This document shows, in pieces, positions 46,037 to 54,986 of a DNA stretch of 57,826 nucleotides (position 1 is the first letter of the stretch; each line of letters starts with the position of its first letter). A model generated the notes under the pieces. The model was given only the letters and a program-made list of their open reading frames with translations, made no database searches and was not told the origin of the DNA. The position numbers were made by a program, and so were the translations under genes. The stretch is from a virus. Its lineage: Duplodnaviria > Caudoviricetes. The stretch is from positions 1-57,826 of IMG/VR virus record IMGVR_UViG_3300022666_000342; one strand, written 5' to 3'.

Positions 46037-46661
46037 CCCCACCTGGCTTCCCGAAGGCCAGCAGCAGATTGCGTTTCATTTGTTCCAGCTCTTCGTCGGT
46101 TCGTTTCTCTAGGTCGTTGCGCTGCCCCGGAGCCACCGATAGATCGACCGCCAACTTCTCTTCGCCCAGTTCGCGCCGCATTTCCTCTGTAACCATTTTG
46201 ATCCCGGCTGTGATCTCCGCCCATGTCGCCGCAGCCGGATCGATCTGCTGCAACGCCTGAAGAAGCTTCGATCGGTAAGCTGTCAGGGTTTTGATCCGCA
46301 GATCTTTCTCCTTGATCTGCAGATCGATGAAAGCATCCAGAATCTTCTCCTGCAGGAGCAGATCAAAAGCCTGGGACCGCTCCACCCACAAGAAGTTCTT
46401 AGACCACGACGACAGCGTGCTCCAGCTATCGGTCGGAGCAGTCTGGCCCAACCGGAGCCGATCCTGATAGGACGCCAACAGAATGCGCAGCGACCGCCGG
46501 CGAGTTTTCCGCAGGGAGCCAGGCTTTAACCCCTCGGTTCCCTCCGGGTACGCCATCATGGCGTAATCCCGCAGGGCCGAATTGGCGAGCACCGACTCGC
46601 CATGACACAAGGCGATCGGATCGGCCTGCTCCTGGTCCCACAGGAACTTTTTCCGGCTCAT
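46017..46661 (-). CDS. Probable terminase small subunit
   Basis: Directly upstream of TerL; GES..A...RSL...WS..F.WVER.QAFD; C-terminal TDEELEQ. Confidence 0.65.
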   Translation of the reverse strand: MSRKKFLWDQEQADPIALCHGESVLANSALRDYAMMAYPEGTEGLKPGSLRKTRRRSLRILLASYQDRLRLGQTAPTDSWSTLSSWSKNFLWVERSQAFDLLLQEKILDAFIDLQIKEKDLRIKTLTAYRSKLLQALQQIDPAAATWAEITAGIKMVTEEMRRELGEEKLAVDLSVAPGQRNDLEKRTDEELEQMKRNLLLAFGKPGGDGDGPA

Positions 46662-47368
46662 TTTCTCTTCGCCCCGCCCCGGCGCTTCTCCAGGAGATAC
46701 CCAATGCGGGCAGCCGCCGAGCACATCATGCGGCCCCGATACTGTTGTCCGGTCTCGGGATCATCCAGGTCACAGTTGTCGCCGCAGATGAACCCGACCA
46801 CGTTCTCGCCGTCCAGGACAGGGACCACCATCATGGTTACCACGCCCTGTTCGCCTAACATCCCTTTCGAGATACTGTCTGGGCTCGTGGGAACGTCGTA
46901 CCAGATAATGAGCCGATCGCATCCGGGCCGGCAGTCGCATAACAAACGCGACGCCCCTGCAGGAAGCTCTTCTTCCCACAGGGGCGCTAAAAGATCGATC
47001 ATCACGCTGATCGGGATATTTTGCATATCCCGCGCATGGTACGAAACCCCTGGCCGGCACACCTCGTGCGTCCGACTCAGCTTCCACACGGGGTTCCTGG
47101 CGCTGAAGAAATTCCCATTGTGGAATTGCGTCAGATGCACCCGATCGAAACCGGCTCTGACCCGGATCTCGACCAGCACGCTATAGATGCTCCGGTCAAG
47201 CTCGACATCTCTGGCGGTAAACACATGATCCCCGCCAAAAAGCCGATCAAACGCCCTTTGCAAATCCCCCTGGAGACGCTCCCGCAGGAGCGCCACCAGG
47301 GCGATGATCGCAAACGCCAATATTAATCCGACAGTCTGAAAAATCCCCTCAACTGCGGATTGCGCCAT
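46658..47368 (-). CDS. Single-TM protein with GAF-like domain (T4 gpT-like holin candidate)
   Basis: N-terminal TM; DRVHLTQFHNG...HEVC.PGVS...VVGFICGD GAF-like pattern; start uncertain (47368 or 47398). Confidence 0.55.
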   Translation of the reverse strand: MAQSAVEGIFQTVGLILAFAIIALVALLRERLQGDLQRAFDRLFGGDHVFTARDVELDRSIYSVLVEIRVRAGFDRVHLTQFHNGNFFSARNPVWKLSRTHEVCRPGVSYHARDMQNIPISVMIDLLAPLWEEELPAGASRLLCDCRPGCDRLIIWYDVPTSPDSISKGMLGEQGVVTMMVVPVLDGENVVGFICGDNCDLDDPETGQQYRGRMMCSAAARIGYLLEKRRGGAKRK

Positions 47369-47903
47369 TCTCACCGCCCGATCCAACATCTTTGACATCT
47401 CCCTGGGGACCCGGTCCGCTGACCAGAAATCCAGCCACCGCTGCGGCCCCCGCCTCGCTTTTTTCTTTCTGTTCCTGGAGATAAGCCTGAACCGGCTTAA
47501 TCCCCAGAAAATAGATCCCCTGGGATGTCGCCCAGACCATCAGTCCCTTGACCAAACGCTGCCAGTGGGGTTCCAAAGCAGAGATGACATCGGGAGGAAC
47601 ATACTGCAGGAGCAGACCGGCCGCAAAGGGGAGAACTACCACCAATCCAAACACTACCCACCCTTTAACCTGGGGAGCAAGGTCCTGGAACCACTTACTC
47701 TTCTCGCCCAGGAAAACGACGATGAGAGCAGCCAGGGCCACATCGGCAATCCCCTGGATCACAGACTGAAGGGATGGAATCTGAACCCCTCCATCCCCGC
47801 CCTGACCCAGGCCGGCGGCCGCCGCAGGAGCAGCGAAGATCAGCGCAGCCAGAACGGCCAACGCTACCGAAAACCGAACTTTGGAAAACAAATTGGTTAA
47901 CAT
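47349..47903 (-). CDS. Multi-TM membrane protein (holin-like)
   Basis: Signal/TM segments; first gene after the leader terminator; GGAGG RBS. Confidence 0.5.
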   Translation of the reverse strand: MLTNLFSKVRFSVALAVLAALIFAAPAAAAGLGQGGDGGVQIPSLQSVIQGIADVALAALIVVFLGEKSKWFQDLAPQVKGWVVFGLVVVLPFAAGLLLQYVPPDVISALEPHWQRLVKGLMVWATSQGIYFLGIKPVQAYLQEQKEKSEAGAAAVAGFLVSGPGPQGDVKDVGSGGENGAIRS

Positions 47904-47923
47904 ACGATCCTCCACTTGAATTT

Positions 47924-47965
47924 AAAATAGAAACCGGGACAGCTCGATTGCTCGAACTGCCCCGG
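47924..47965 (-). terminator. Leader terminator in front of the lysis/packaging operon
   Basis: Minus strand CCGGGGCAGTTCGA-GCAA-TCGAGCTGTCCCGG followed by TTTCTATTTT. Confidence 0.7.
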
Positions 47966-48012
47966 GATCTTTGCTCCTGACAGGCGGTCAGAAAACCAAC
48001 TATAGGGTAGGA

Positions 48013-48237
48013 TTATTGTCTTGCAGCTTTACGGGTCCGCCGATTAAGCTGGAGAGACTCTTCCTTTACCACGTATGCATATTCTCCACCGCTAATCTCA
48101 ATGATAATTTTACCGAAACCAGACCGGGCTATAATTTCACGCCCGACCATAAGGACTGTTTTGATCATCGCCTCCTCCGACATCGCTTCGTCGTTTACTG
48201 CAGGTTGGATTTTCGCCGGAGCAGCCACAGATGCCAT
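48013..48237 (-). CDS. Small YezD/DUF2292-like protein
   Basis: GFGKIIIEISGG...VVKEES pattern; AAGGAGG RBS; upstream TTGACA-16-TAAATT (48303-48276). Confidence 0.5.
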   Translation of the reverse strand: MASVAAPAKIQPAVNDEAMSEEAMIKTVLMVGREIIARSGFGKIIIEISGGEYAYVVKEESLQLNRRTRKAARQ

Positions 48238-48345
48238 AACCCCCTCCTTAACTAATATTTTACCATCTAAAGGGAAATTTAACGCCATGGTCTATTCTGT
48301 CAACATGAAGGCACTACAAATCGGTTACAATTCAGTAACAAATTA

Positions 48346-48372
48346 GAAAAAGGCCCGGATCGCTCCGGGCCC
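48346..48372 (-). terminator. Intrinsic terminator after ssb
   Basis: GGCCCGGA-GCGA-TCCGGGCC followed by TTTTT on the minus strand. Confidence 0.75.
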
Positions 48373-48386
48373 TGAGAAAATACCCC

Positions 48387-48833
48387 TTAAAACGGGATGT
48401 TGTCCTCCTCGTCTGGCGGAGGACCTCCGGCCCCAGGCCGGCGCCCGCCGGCCATTCCCACCGGCGCGCCCACGTCACCATCCCCGGCCGACCCGCTCAG
48501 GAATTTCACGTTCTCCGCTGTCAGCTCAAACGACGCCCGCGGCTTCCCGTCCTCACCGGTCCACACTCGCGGCCCGCCGGTCTCCTTGTCCGGCTGGAGC
48601 CGGCCCTCCACCAACACCTTGCTTCCCTTTTTCAGGTATTGGTTGACCGTCTCGGCCTGCCGCCGCCAGCAGGTCACCCGAAACCAAATCACTTCCTCCC
48701 CCTGGGAGCCGTCCGGGTTGTTCCACTTCCGATTGGTAGCCACGCTGAAGGTGGTGACCGGAGCGCCGTCCGGCGTGTAGCGCATTTCCGGGTCTCTGCC
48801 CAGGTTTCCGATGATGATGACTTTGTGATACAT
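48387..48833 (-). CDS. ssb: Single-stranded DNA-binding protein
   Basis: KVIIIGNLGRDPEMRYTP...FSVATNR...VEGRL...acidic tail EEDNIPF. Confidence 0.97.
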   Translation of the reverse strand: MYHKVIIIGNLGRDPEMRYTPDGAPVTTFSVATNRKWNNPDGSQGEEVIWFRVTCWRRQAETVNQYLKKGSKVLVEGRLQPDKETGGPRVWTGEDGKPRASFELTAENVKFLSGSAGDGDVGAPVGMAGGRRPGAGGPPPDEEDNIPF

Positions 48834-48863
48834 ATCAAATTCCCTTTCGTGTTTTTAAGTTTA

Positions 48864-49655
48864 TTACCTCACAATCCCCAGCGACCGCGCCGACCCGGAA
48901 ACCAGATCGACGTAGGTCGCATACACGTCCAGATCCCGACTCACCAGGAGCCGAGACAGGTACGACGCCGCCCAGGTACTCATGGCCGTGTTGACCATGA
49001 GCGACTGCTGCTCCATCACCGCCAGATCGGCGCAGCTCAAAGGATGCTCCGCTTCCTCCTGAACCTCCAGCAACTCAGGATGCTGGATCGACGGAAGAGG
49101 GATCTCGTTGCACATTCCCATCAATACCATCGGTTTTTGAACGCTGCTGTTCCCGAGCAAGACCTGTCCAGAATCCCGATGATTTCCACAATCGAGCCAC
49201 CATACAGAACTATTTTTGTGCGCCTCATGGATCGCCGTCCGCCCTGACGCGCCGTCGACACACCCAATAACGATTTTTAAAATCCTCGGGCCAAATTCCG
49301 ACGTCGCTTCTCTGAAAAAAGCTTCCTGCGTTTGATCGTTAAAACTCTGGATCGCAAATTCTATATTCAGGCCGAAAGCCAGACTATACCGACGCGCCAG
49401 GGCCTCAGCCTTCGGCATCCCCACCTCAGCCGGGCAAAAATTCTGCCGGCCAAGATTCTTCCTCTCAACAGAGTCATAATCGACAAAACCGACCTTCCCC
49501 GTCATCCCTTTTCGATCCAAAAGGTGATAAGCCAACCGGGCAATGTGAAGCGCCATAAAGGACCCCGTTCCCCCACACCCCACCAGCATGATGGCGTACC
49601 CCTTTATCTCTCCCAACTCGACGCGCGCCCGCTTTTCAATTTTTATCTGCTCCAT
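48864..49655 (-). CDS. ThiF/E1-like adenylyltransferase (PRTRC ThiF family)
   Basis: VGCGGTGS, D.D.VE.KNLGRQNF, IGCVD, WLDCGN, LSCA (candidate catalytic Cys), QSLMVN. Confidence 0.9.
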   Translation of the reverse strand: MEQIKIEKRARVELGEIKGYAIMLVGCGGTGSFMALHIARLAYHLLDRKGMTGKVGFVDYDSVERKNLGRQNFCPAEVGMPKAEALARRYSLAFGLNIEFAIQSFNDQTQEAFFREATSEFGPRILKIVIGCVDGASGRTAIHEAHKNSSVWWLDCGNHRDSGQVLLGNSSVQKPMVLMGMCNEIPLPSIQHPELLEVQEEAEHPLSCADLAVMEQQSLMVNTAMSTWAASYLSRLLVSRDLDVYATYVDLVSGSARSLGIVR

Positions 49656-50275
49656 GAAAATTCCCCCATGTCACGCATCTCCCCTATTCCCCCAAATAAA
49701 ACCGTCGCCGGAAGATCGACAAAATCACCGTAAATTCCCAACCGGACCCGGATCTCAGGCTGCCGCTCGAAAATCAAACCCATAACCGCGTAAAAGCGAA
49801 ACCCCAACTCATCTTTATTGTCGGTACCGCTAAAAAACGCTCGATAATTGCAATGTGAATGCAGGTCGCAAAACGTCTCAGGACCATCGCCCCCTAAATA
49901 TTGGAGCGAGTCAGCGGTCGCCGTCTGAACCGGCCGCGTCAACCGCACCATGCCGTTTTGAAACGAATAATGGTATCCGGCCTCAACCGGCTTAACAGCC
50001 GCCTGCCGGCGAGCGTCTTCCAGAGTAGTCAGGAGCAACCGCTCAGGGATTCTCCCGTGTCGGATTTTCACCCAGGGCCGGATCTCGGGCAGCCCCGCCA
50101 CGCGGACGCGGGAGATCGGAACGCACACATCAAAGTGGGAATTCTCTGCCCGCTTGAACACCCCATTCCCGGCCAAAACATAACCGTAAGCCTTCCCCTC
50201 CAGGGCAGGGACCTCGTCGCCCATGATTCCGTAACATACGGGATTGAACTTCATCGCACTAATAACTGCTTCCAT
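49643..50275 (-). CDS. JAB/MPN metalloprotease (PRTRC protein A-like)
   Basis: YVLAGNGVF N-terminus; E...DLHSH...AFFSGTD.KDE JAMM motif. Confidence 0.9.
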   Translation of the reverse strand: MEAVISAMKFNPVCYGIMGDEVPALEGKAYGYVLAGNGVFKRAENSHFDVCVPISRVRVAGLPEIRPWVKIRHGRIPERLLLTTLEDARRQAAVKPVEAGYHYSFQNGMVRLTRPVQTATADSLQYLGGDGPETFCDLHSHCNYRAFFSGTDNKDELGFRFYAVMGLIFERQPEIRVRLGIYGDFVDLPATVLFGGIGEMRDMGEFSWSR

Positions 50276-50960
50276 TCAGAACCTCCCCCAAAGTGAGACC
50301 GGCCTCAATGAGATCATTCATGGGGTAAGCAGACACCCCCTCAATCTCCCGCCACAATTCGGTAACCCTGGAATTATGGCGCTTGCTTTTTTGATTCCCC
50401 AGATCGTTATTGAAATAGCTCTCAAAAAATTCCTTAATGGCCCCTGAAATGCCGTCCAGAGACGGAGCCGGGAAATCGGCCGTTCCCTGACACACATGAC
50501 CGTCGTCGTATATGTTGGGATAAGGAGCCTTAAAAAGCCTCGATCCCATATCCACCGGCCGTTGCTTGACCGCAAAGACCATAAAAGTTTTGGCCGTGAT
50601 AAACAAGAGCGGCGGACACGGAATCTTCCCCGACCAGCCCCCGTCCATCCTCACCTTCCGCTGGGAAGGTGGAAGATAGACAGCCGCTTCTTCGCGTCCA
50701 TTGGCCCGGCGGTAAAAAATTGTATTTTTAGGGAGCAAAGGAGTCTCGATTAAAATGCCGCCAAAAACGGCAGCGAGATCCTCAGGAGAAACCTCAAACG
50801 TCGCATAAGCTTGCCCGCCCTCGTTGTGTTTCGTCAAAATGATCGACTCCGAATAAACCCGTATCTCAGCCCGTAAGACCTGCGTGTCAGGCTTCTCCGC
50901 CGGCACCGAGAAACCGCCCAGGGCCATCTCAAACACGTTGGAAGCATGAACTCTAAGCAC
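50259..50960 (-). CDS. Prokaryotic E2 family D protein (PRTRC protein B-like)
   Basis: PPLLF...VFAVK.RP...LFKAPYPNIYDDGHVCQG...FFESYFN; GTG start after GAGGAGG. Confidence 0.85.
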   Translation of the reverse strand: MLRVHASNVFEMALGGFSVPAEKPDTQVLRAEIRVYSESIILTKHNEGGQAYATFEVSPEDLAAVFGGILIETPLLPKNTIFYRRANGREEAAVYLPPSQRKVRMDGGWSGKIPCPPLLFITAKTFMVFAVKQRPVDMGSRLFKAPYPNIYDDGHVCQGTADFPAPSLDGISGAIKEFFESYFNNDLGNQKSKRHNSRVTELWREIEGVSAYPMNDLIEAGLTLGEVLNGSSY

Positions 50961-51855
50961 GATATTCCTCCTCGACTGAAGCAAAGAACTTCGACAGAAG
51001 CTGCCTGGAATTTTCAGTGGATTCGTACCAGTTTGTGAAACGATAAAACCGCTCAACATCATCCCGAATCCGAGCGTAAAAATCCGCATACCGCCTGATC
51101 ACATCATAATCCACCACCATCTCAGTATCATCGTAGCCACAGTCTACGCGCCACGCCGAAGGAGTGTCTATAAACGGATTATTCGTGTTCCCCAGAACGC
51201 ACTGGTATAGAAAGTCAACGCCTGAAAAAATGCCCGTCTCTTTTCTGAACCTATCGAGAGTCCAGTCCTCGTTCTCAAAGAAAAAGAAACCCGGATCGTC
51301 GTCATCGGAATCTTCCCCCAGCAGACCGGCTTCCGAAAGCAGCTCGGAATACAGAATAGCGATATCTTCCTCGCCGCTGTAATCTTCAATCGGAATAGAA
51401 GCCCGACCTGAAACCGCGTCCATGCACGCGACTAAAACCCGCTCGTATTCTTCCAATTCGTCGAAAGATGCTCCCCCACGCGGAACGCCAAACGAGACGA
51501 ATGGAATTCCATACATTAAAACATCCGGCTCGGACCCATATTCAAAGTCCCAGGTATCAAATATCCCATCCAACATCGCCAGATCCACCGGGAAGAGTTC
51601 TGCGTCAACTTTATCGACGAACTCCGCTTGAACCTCAACAAAACTCAGATCTCCCCGAAGATTCTCGCCGAATAGCAGTTTGTGAATTCGGCGCAGCCGA
51701 TACGGCCCCGTAGTCCAGGAAAGCAATAAATCTCGGGCCGGCCTGACGCACTGCAACCCCGAAGGGAGCACATCAAAGAGCCGGTTATACAGCTCGTAAT
51801 AACTCAAAATCCCTGAGGAACTTCCCCCGCTGGTATCGGTTTTAAAGATTGACAT
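50953..51855 (-). CDS. Acidic hypothetical protein within the Ubl cassette
   Basis: Coupled to the E2 gene; D/E-rich; occupies the slot of the helical accessory gene of PRTRC loci. Confidence 0.65.
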   Translation of the reverse strand: MSIFKTDTSGGSSSGILSYYELYNRLFDVLPSGLQCVRPARDLLLSWTTGPYRLRRIHKLLFGENLRGDLSFVEVQAEFVDKVDAELFPVDLAMLDGIFDTWDFEYGSEPDVLMYGIPFVSFGVPRGGASFDELEEYERVLVACMDAVSGRASIPIEDYSGEEDIAILYSELLSEAGLLGEDSDDDDPGFFFFENEDWTLDRFRKETGIFSGVDFLYQCVLGNTNNPFIDTPSAWRVDCGYDDTEMVVDYDVIRRYADFYARIRDDVERFYRFTNWYESTENSRQLLSKFFASVEEEYRA

Positions 51856-52067
51856 CTCGCATTGATTCCTTCCATCCTTTTGACATGCCCGGAAATTTCA
51901 GCGGCCGCCTTCTCCAGGTCGCGTTCGAGCCTTTGATTAAATTCCCGATCCTCCGGGTAAACTGGATAAAACTCTTCCAACTGAAACAACAGCTCAACGC
52001 CCAGAAGGCGGAGCGGCTGTAAACCAGCCAGCCGCTCCACTACGCCCGCCACATCTATGCCGGCCAC
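51804..52067 (-). CDS. Hypothetical protein
   Basis: GTG start right after the Ubl gene stop; fills the operon gap. Confidence 0.45.
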   Translation of the reverse strand: MAGIDVAGVVERLAGLQPLRLLGVELLFQLEEFYPVYPEDREFNQRLERDLEKAAAEISGHVKRMEGINARCQSLKPIPAGEVPQGF

Positions 52068-52068
52068 C

Positions 52069-52626
52069 TCACCGGCCCTCGCCTGCAGGAGCCAGTTCCG
52101 GCGCCTGGACCTGCACACACACCCGGCGCGCCGCTCCCGGCCCGGCGATCGAGTCCAGCGCCTCAATTGCCTTCCAGATGTGCGCCGGGTACATCCCGGA
52201 GTAAACCTCGCCGGTCTCCAGGCCAGCGTCATGGTCCTTGAAGTAGTCCTGAAGAATTGCCACCAACGCCCCCATGGCATTGGCCTTCAGAATCGACCGG
52301 TAAGCCTGAGCCTGCATCATCAGGCCCAGCACAACGTCGGTATGCAGATCGATGTGCGTGTCTCCAGCCCGTTGGACATGCTCGACCCGAGTCTGGAGCA
52401 GCAGGAATTCCTCATCGCTGGGGATGGAGGAAAACGCCCCCTTGGTCCCCGCTTTCTTCGCAAACACGACCCGCTCAGTGCCGTCCGGCATTACCTTCGT
52501 CTCAATGCTGGCGTTTGCCAATTCCGGGAAATACCCGGCGAACTGCGCTCGCACCTCTTCCTTCGACATAGAAGGATCGTGGTCTTCGTATTCTTTATCT
52601 CCGTAAACAAAAATCCGCTTTGCCAT
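52069..52626 (-). CDS. Ubiquitin-like protein (PRTRC protein C-like) with C-terminal extension
   Basis: KRIFVYG...D.DPSMS.EEVR..FA.YFPELANA.I...VF.KKAGTKG (aa 1-63), then ~120 extra aa. Confidence 0.85.
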   Translation of the reverse strand: MAKRIFVYGDKEYEDHDPSMSKEEVRAQFAGYFPELANASIETKVMPDGTERVVFAKKAGTKGAFSSIPSDEEFLLLQTRVEHVQRAGDTHIDLHTDVVLGLMMQAQAYRSILKANAMGALVAILQDYFKDHDAGLETGEVYSGMYPAHIWKAIEALDSIAGPGAARRVCVQVQAPELAPAGEGR

Positions 52627-52629
52627 TTT

Positions 52630-54084
52630 TTACTCCTTCCCGCCGAAGAATTCATTCCGAGCAACGTCCACCAGGGACGCCAGATCAGCATACCGGCCGC
52701 TGTGCCAGACAGAAGGGCCAGCCCCATCCAGGCCGACCGTCACGATTACGCGCCGGTTGTCCAGGTCCGGCCCTTCCTGAACCCGAATCATAATGACGGC
52801 AGTCTTCGATTTATCAGGAGCAGCCTCAACCGGCTTCGCCACCGGAACCGGAGCCGGCATCGGATTCACCGCCGGAGTTGAAACTGGCTTAACCGCTGTC
52901 GCCGGAACGGGAACGCGAGAAACAACGGGATTCACTGCCGGAGCCGGAGCATGCTGCGCCTGGGGAGCCGGCCGGACCGGAGTCACGTACTGAACCACCG
53001 GAGCCCGCGGAGCCGGAACCTCTTCCTCATAGCCGACCTCATCATCTTCGGATTCTTCCCCGGTCTCTTCGCCGATCTCCTCAATCTCGCCGACCTCTTC
53101 GGCTTCTTCGTCAGGATCGAACGAAGACACCGCCGGCCGACCACCGACAACTTTGCCGCCCACCCGAATCACCGGTTCATCCTGCATCAAATCGGTGACC
53201 TGAGCGGAAATGGAAGCCGTCCGATCAGCGAAGCGCGGCGCCCAGGCCGACGCCCCGCCCAGTTGGGCCGGAGCCACAACAGGAGCAGCCTCGGCCAGGA
53301 GCAAAGCCGGTTCGGGTTCTGCTTCGCGGCCAATGTTGGCCGTCGTCATCGTGTAAACTTTCCCGCCCCGCTCCACCAGCCGTTCGCCAGGGTCCCCGTC
53401 CGGGTACATCTCCCGGCGAATCTTCGCCACAAACGGCCCGGAGACATCCGCAACCTCGGCAACCCTTCGATCGCTCCAGCCGCGCCATTCCTCATCCGCC
53501 AGAAGCATCCGCACCGCCTTGCGCTTATCGTCATCCGTCCGGCGAATCCCATGCCGGCCGTTCGCCCCCACGGAATACAGCAACGCCTCCCGCTTTCCGC
53601 CCGTATGGATCTCGGCCCATATCATCTCAATGCCGGCCTGCCGCGCGGCTTCCACCCGGTGGAAGCCATCGGCCAACCAGTAATGCTCGCCGTCGCTGAA
53701 AACCACAACCGGAGGAAAGTTTGCCCCCTCAGCCATTTTGTCGGCATACTCGCCGACCGTGAAAAGATCCATCTGAACGCGGGTCTGAAGATCCGGGTCC
53801 GAGACGATCATGTCCAACGCCAGCATCCGATTGTTGTTGCTCACCATCTCCCGCTGCTCCTTCTTTTGGTTGGCGGCGATCGCGCCGCTCACAATCTGAA
53901 ACGTGTTGTTTACCGGGAGAGAATCCCGGCCAAGAATCGAACTGGCCGTCCGATGGGAGCGACCGGAGCCGCCCCCACCGTGAGACAGCGCACCCAGGAC
54001 CCGCGGCTTGGGGGGATGGCAACGCGGGCACTTCCACCCAGAAAACCGAAGATTGCAATCCTTGCAGGTCCTGAATGTAGCCAT
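52630..54084 (-). CDS. ParB-like protein (ParB N-domain + HTH) with N-terminal Zn finger and Pro/Glu-rich linker
   Basis: FPPVVVF..G..YWLADGFHRVEAA; N.RHG..RT.DDKR; WSDRRVAEVADVS..FV; possible internal start at 53847. Confidence 0.85.
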   Translation of the reverse strand: MATFRTCKDCNLRFSGWKCPRCHPPKPRVLGALSHGGGGSGRSHRTASSILGRDSLPVNNTFQIVSGAIAANQKKEQREMVSNNNRMLALDMIVSDPDLQTRVQMDLFTVGEYADKMAEGANFPPVVVFSDGEHYWLADGFHRVEAARQAGIEMIWAEIHTGGKREALLYSVGANGRHGIRRTDDDKRKAVRMLLADEEWRGWSDRRVAEVADVSGPFVAKIRREMYPDGDPGERLVERGGKVYTMTTANIGREAEPEPALLLAEAAPVVAPAQLGGASAWAPRFADRTASISAQVTDLMQDEPVIRVGGKVVGGRPAVSSFDPDEEAEEVGEIEEIGEETGEESEDDEVGYEEEVPAPRAPVVQYVTPVRPAPQAQHAPAPAVNPVVSRVPVPATAVKPVSTPAVNPMPAPVPVAKPVEAAPDKSKTAVIMIRVQEGPDLDNRRVIVTVGLDGAGPSVWHSGRYADLASLVDVARNEFFGGKE

Positions 54085-54086
54085 AG

Positions 54087-54986
54087 TTACCTCTCTGACC
54101 CGTAGAACAACCGAATCCGAGAAAGCGAAGCCTCACACAGCTTGGAGAGATTTTCTCCGTCGCTCTTCCCGTTGATGTAGTCAATGGAACCGTTAGCAAG
54201 ACCTCCAACAATACGAACCAAAGCTTTCTCCAGCGATTCCCCATTACCCTGCGCCAACAGAGCCCCCATACTCCCGGCCTCGAAATTACGCGCGTTCAGC
54301 TGCAAAACGGTCTCGCGCGATTTTTGATAGAAATCCAGGACAGCTTCTTTTGTGGACTGACCAGCGGCCCCGCCGATGATTTCATGGATGGCGTTCAACT
54401 CCGCCTCCCGCCGGGAAGCCTCCAATTGCCATTGCCCATCCTTCTGGGCCGGCGTCGCCGGGGCCACAGCCGCCGCGACTCGCTCACCAAAGTCGGGAAT
54501 GTCGAAGTCTTCTTCGATTTTTGTCCCATCCAGGGAGACGGAAACATCAGGAACAGCATCGCCGACATCGAAGACATCCCCGCCCATCTGGTCGCAATCC
54601 GTCTCCTGGTCCGCAGCTTCCTGGAAAATCCAGGGAGACAACGACTGCACCTGACACTCCCGGATCGCTGACCGCAGCGCTGTCGCCTCCATCTCCAGGC
54701 CGGCAATGCGAGCGTCCACAACGCCCAAGAGATTCTTGACTCTGCCGATGTATTGCAACCGGCCAGCATAATCAGAGTCATCATTGAGCAAGGCCGCGAT
54801 CGCCACGGCCCGCTGCTGCTCGTTGCTTCCCAAGGCCTTGAAATCGACGCCGCGCAGCAAGTCAGTCTCACGCTTTTTCAGGCTTGCCTCATCATGCCGT
54901 AGGATCTCCATTTTTTCGGCTCGCTCTATGTACAAAGCGGTCAATTCGCCCGCCACCTCAATCAGACGTTGCCGGTAAGTTCCCAT
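54087..54986 (-). CDS. Hypothetical coiled-coil protein
   Basis: GGAGG RBS; LGSNEQQRA helical N-terminus. Confidence 0.65.
   Translation of the reverse strand: MGTYRQRLIEVAGELTALYIERAEKMEILRHDEASLKKRETDLLRGVDFKALGSNEQQRAVAIAALLNDDSDYAGRLQYIGRVKNLLGVVDARIAGLEMEATALRSAIRECQVQSLSPWIFQEAADQETDCDQMGGDVFDVGDAVPDVSVSLDGTKIEEDFDIPDFGERVAAAVAPATPAQKDGQWQLEASRREAELNAIHEIIGGAAGQSTKEAVLDFYQKSRETVLQLNARNFEAGSMGALLAQGNGESLEKALVRIVGGLANGSIDYINGKSDGENLSKLCEASLSRIRLFYGSER

Noticed and set aside
48864-50960. E1/E2/JAB genes as CBASS type II, or as ThiF/MoeB cofactor biosynthesis
   Set aside because: There is no CD-NTase or effector and no thiamine/molybdopterin genes. A separate E2-D, a GTKG-type Ubl and ParB fit PRTRC instead.
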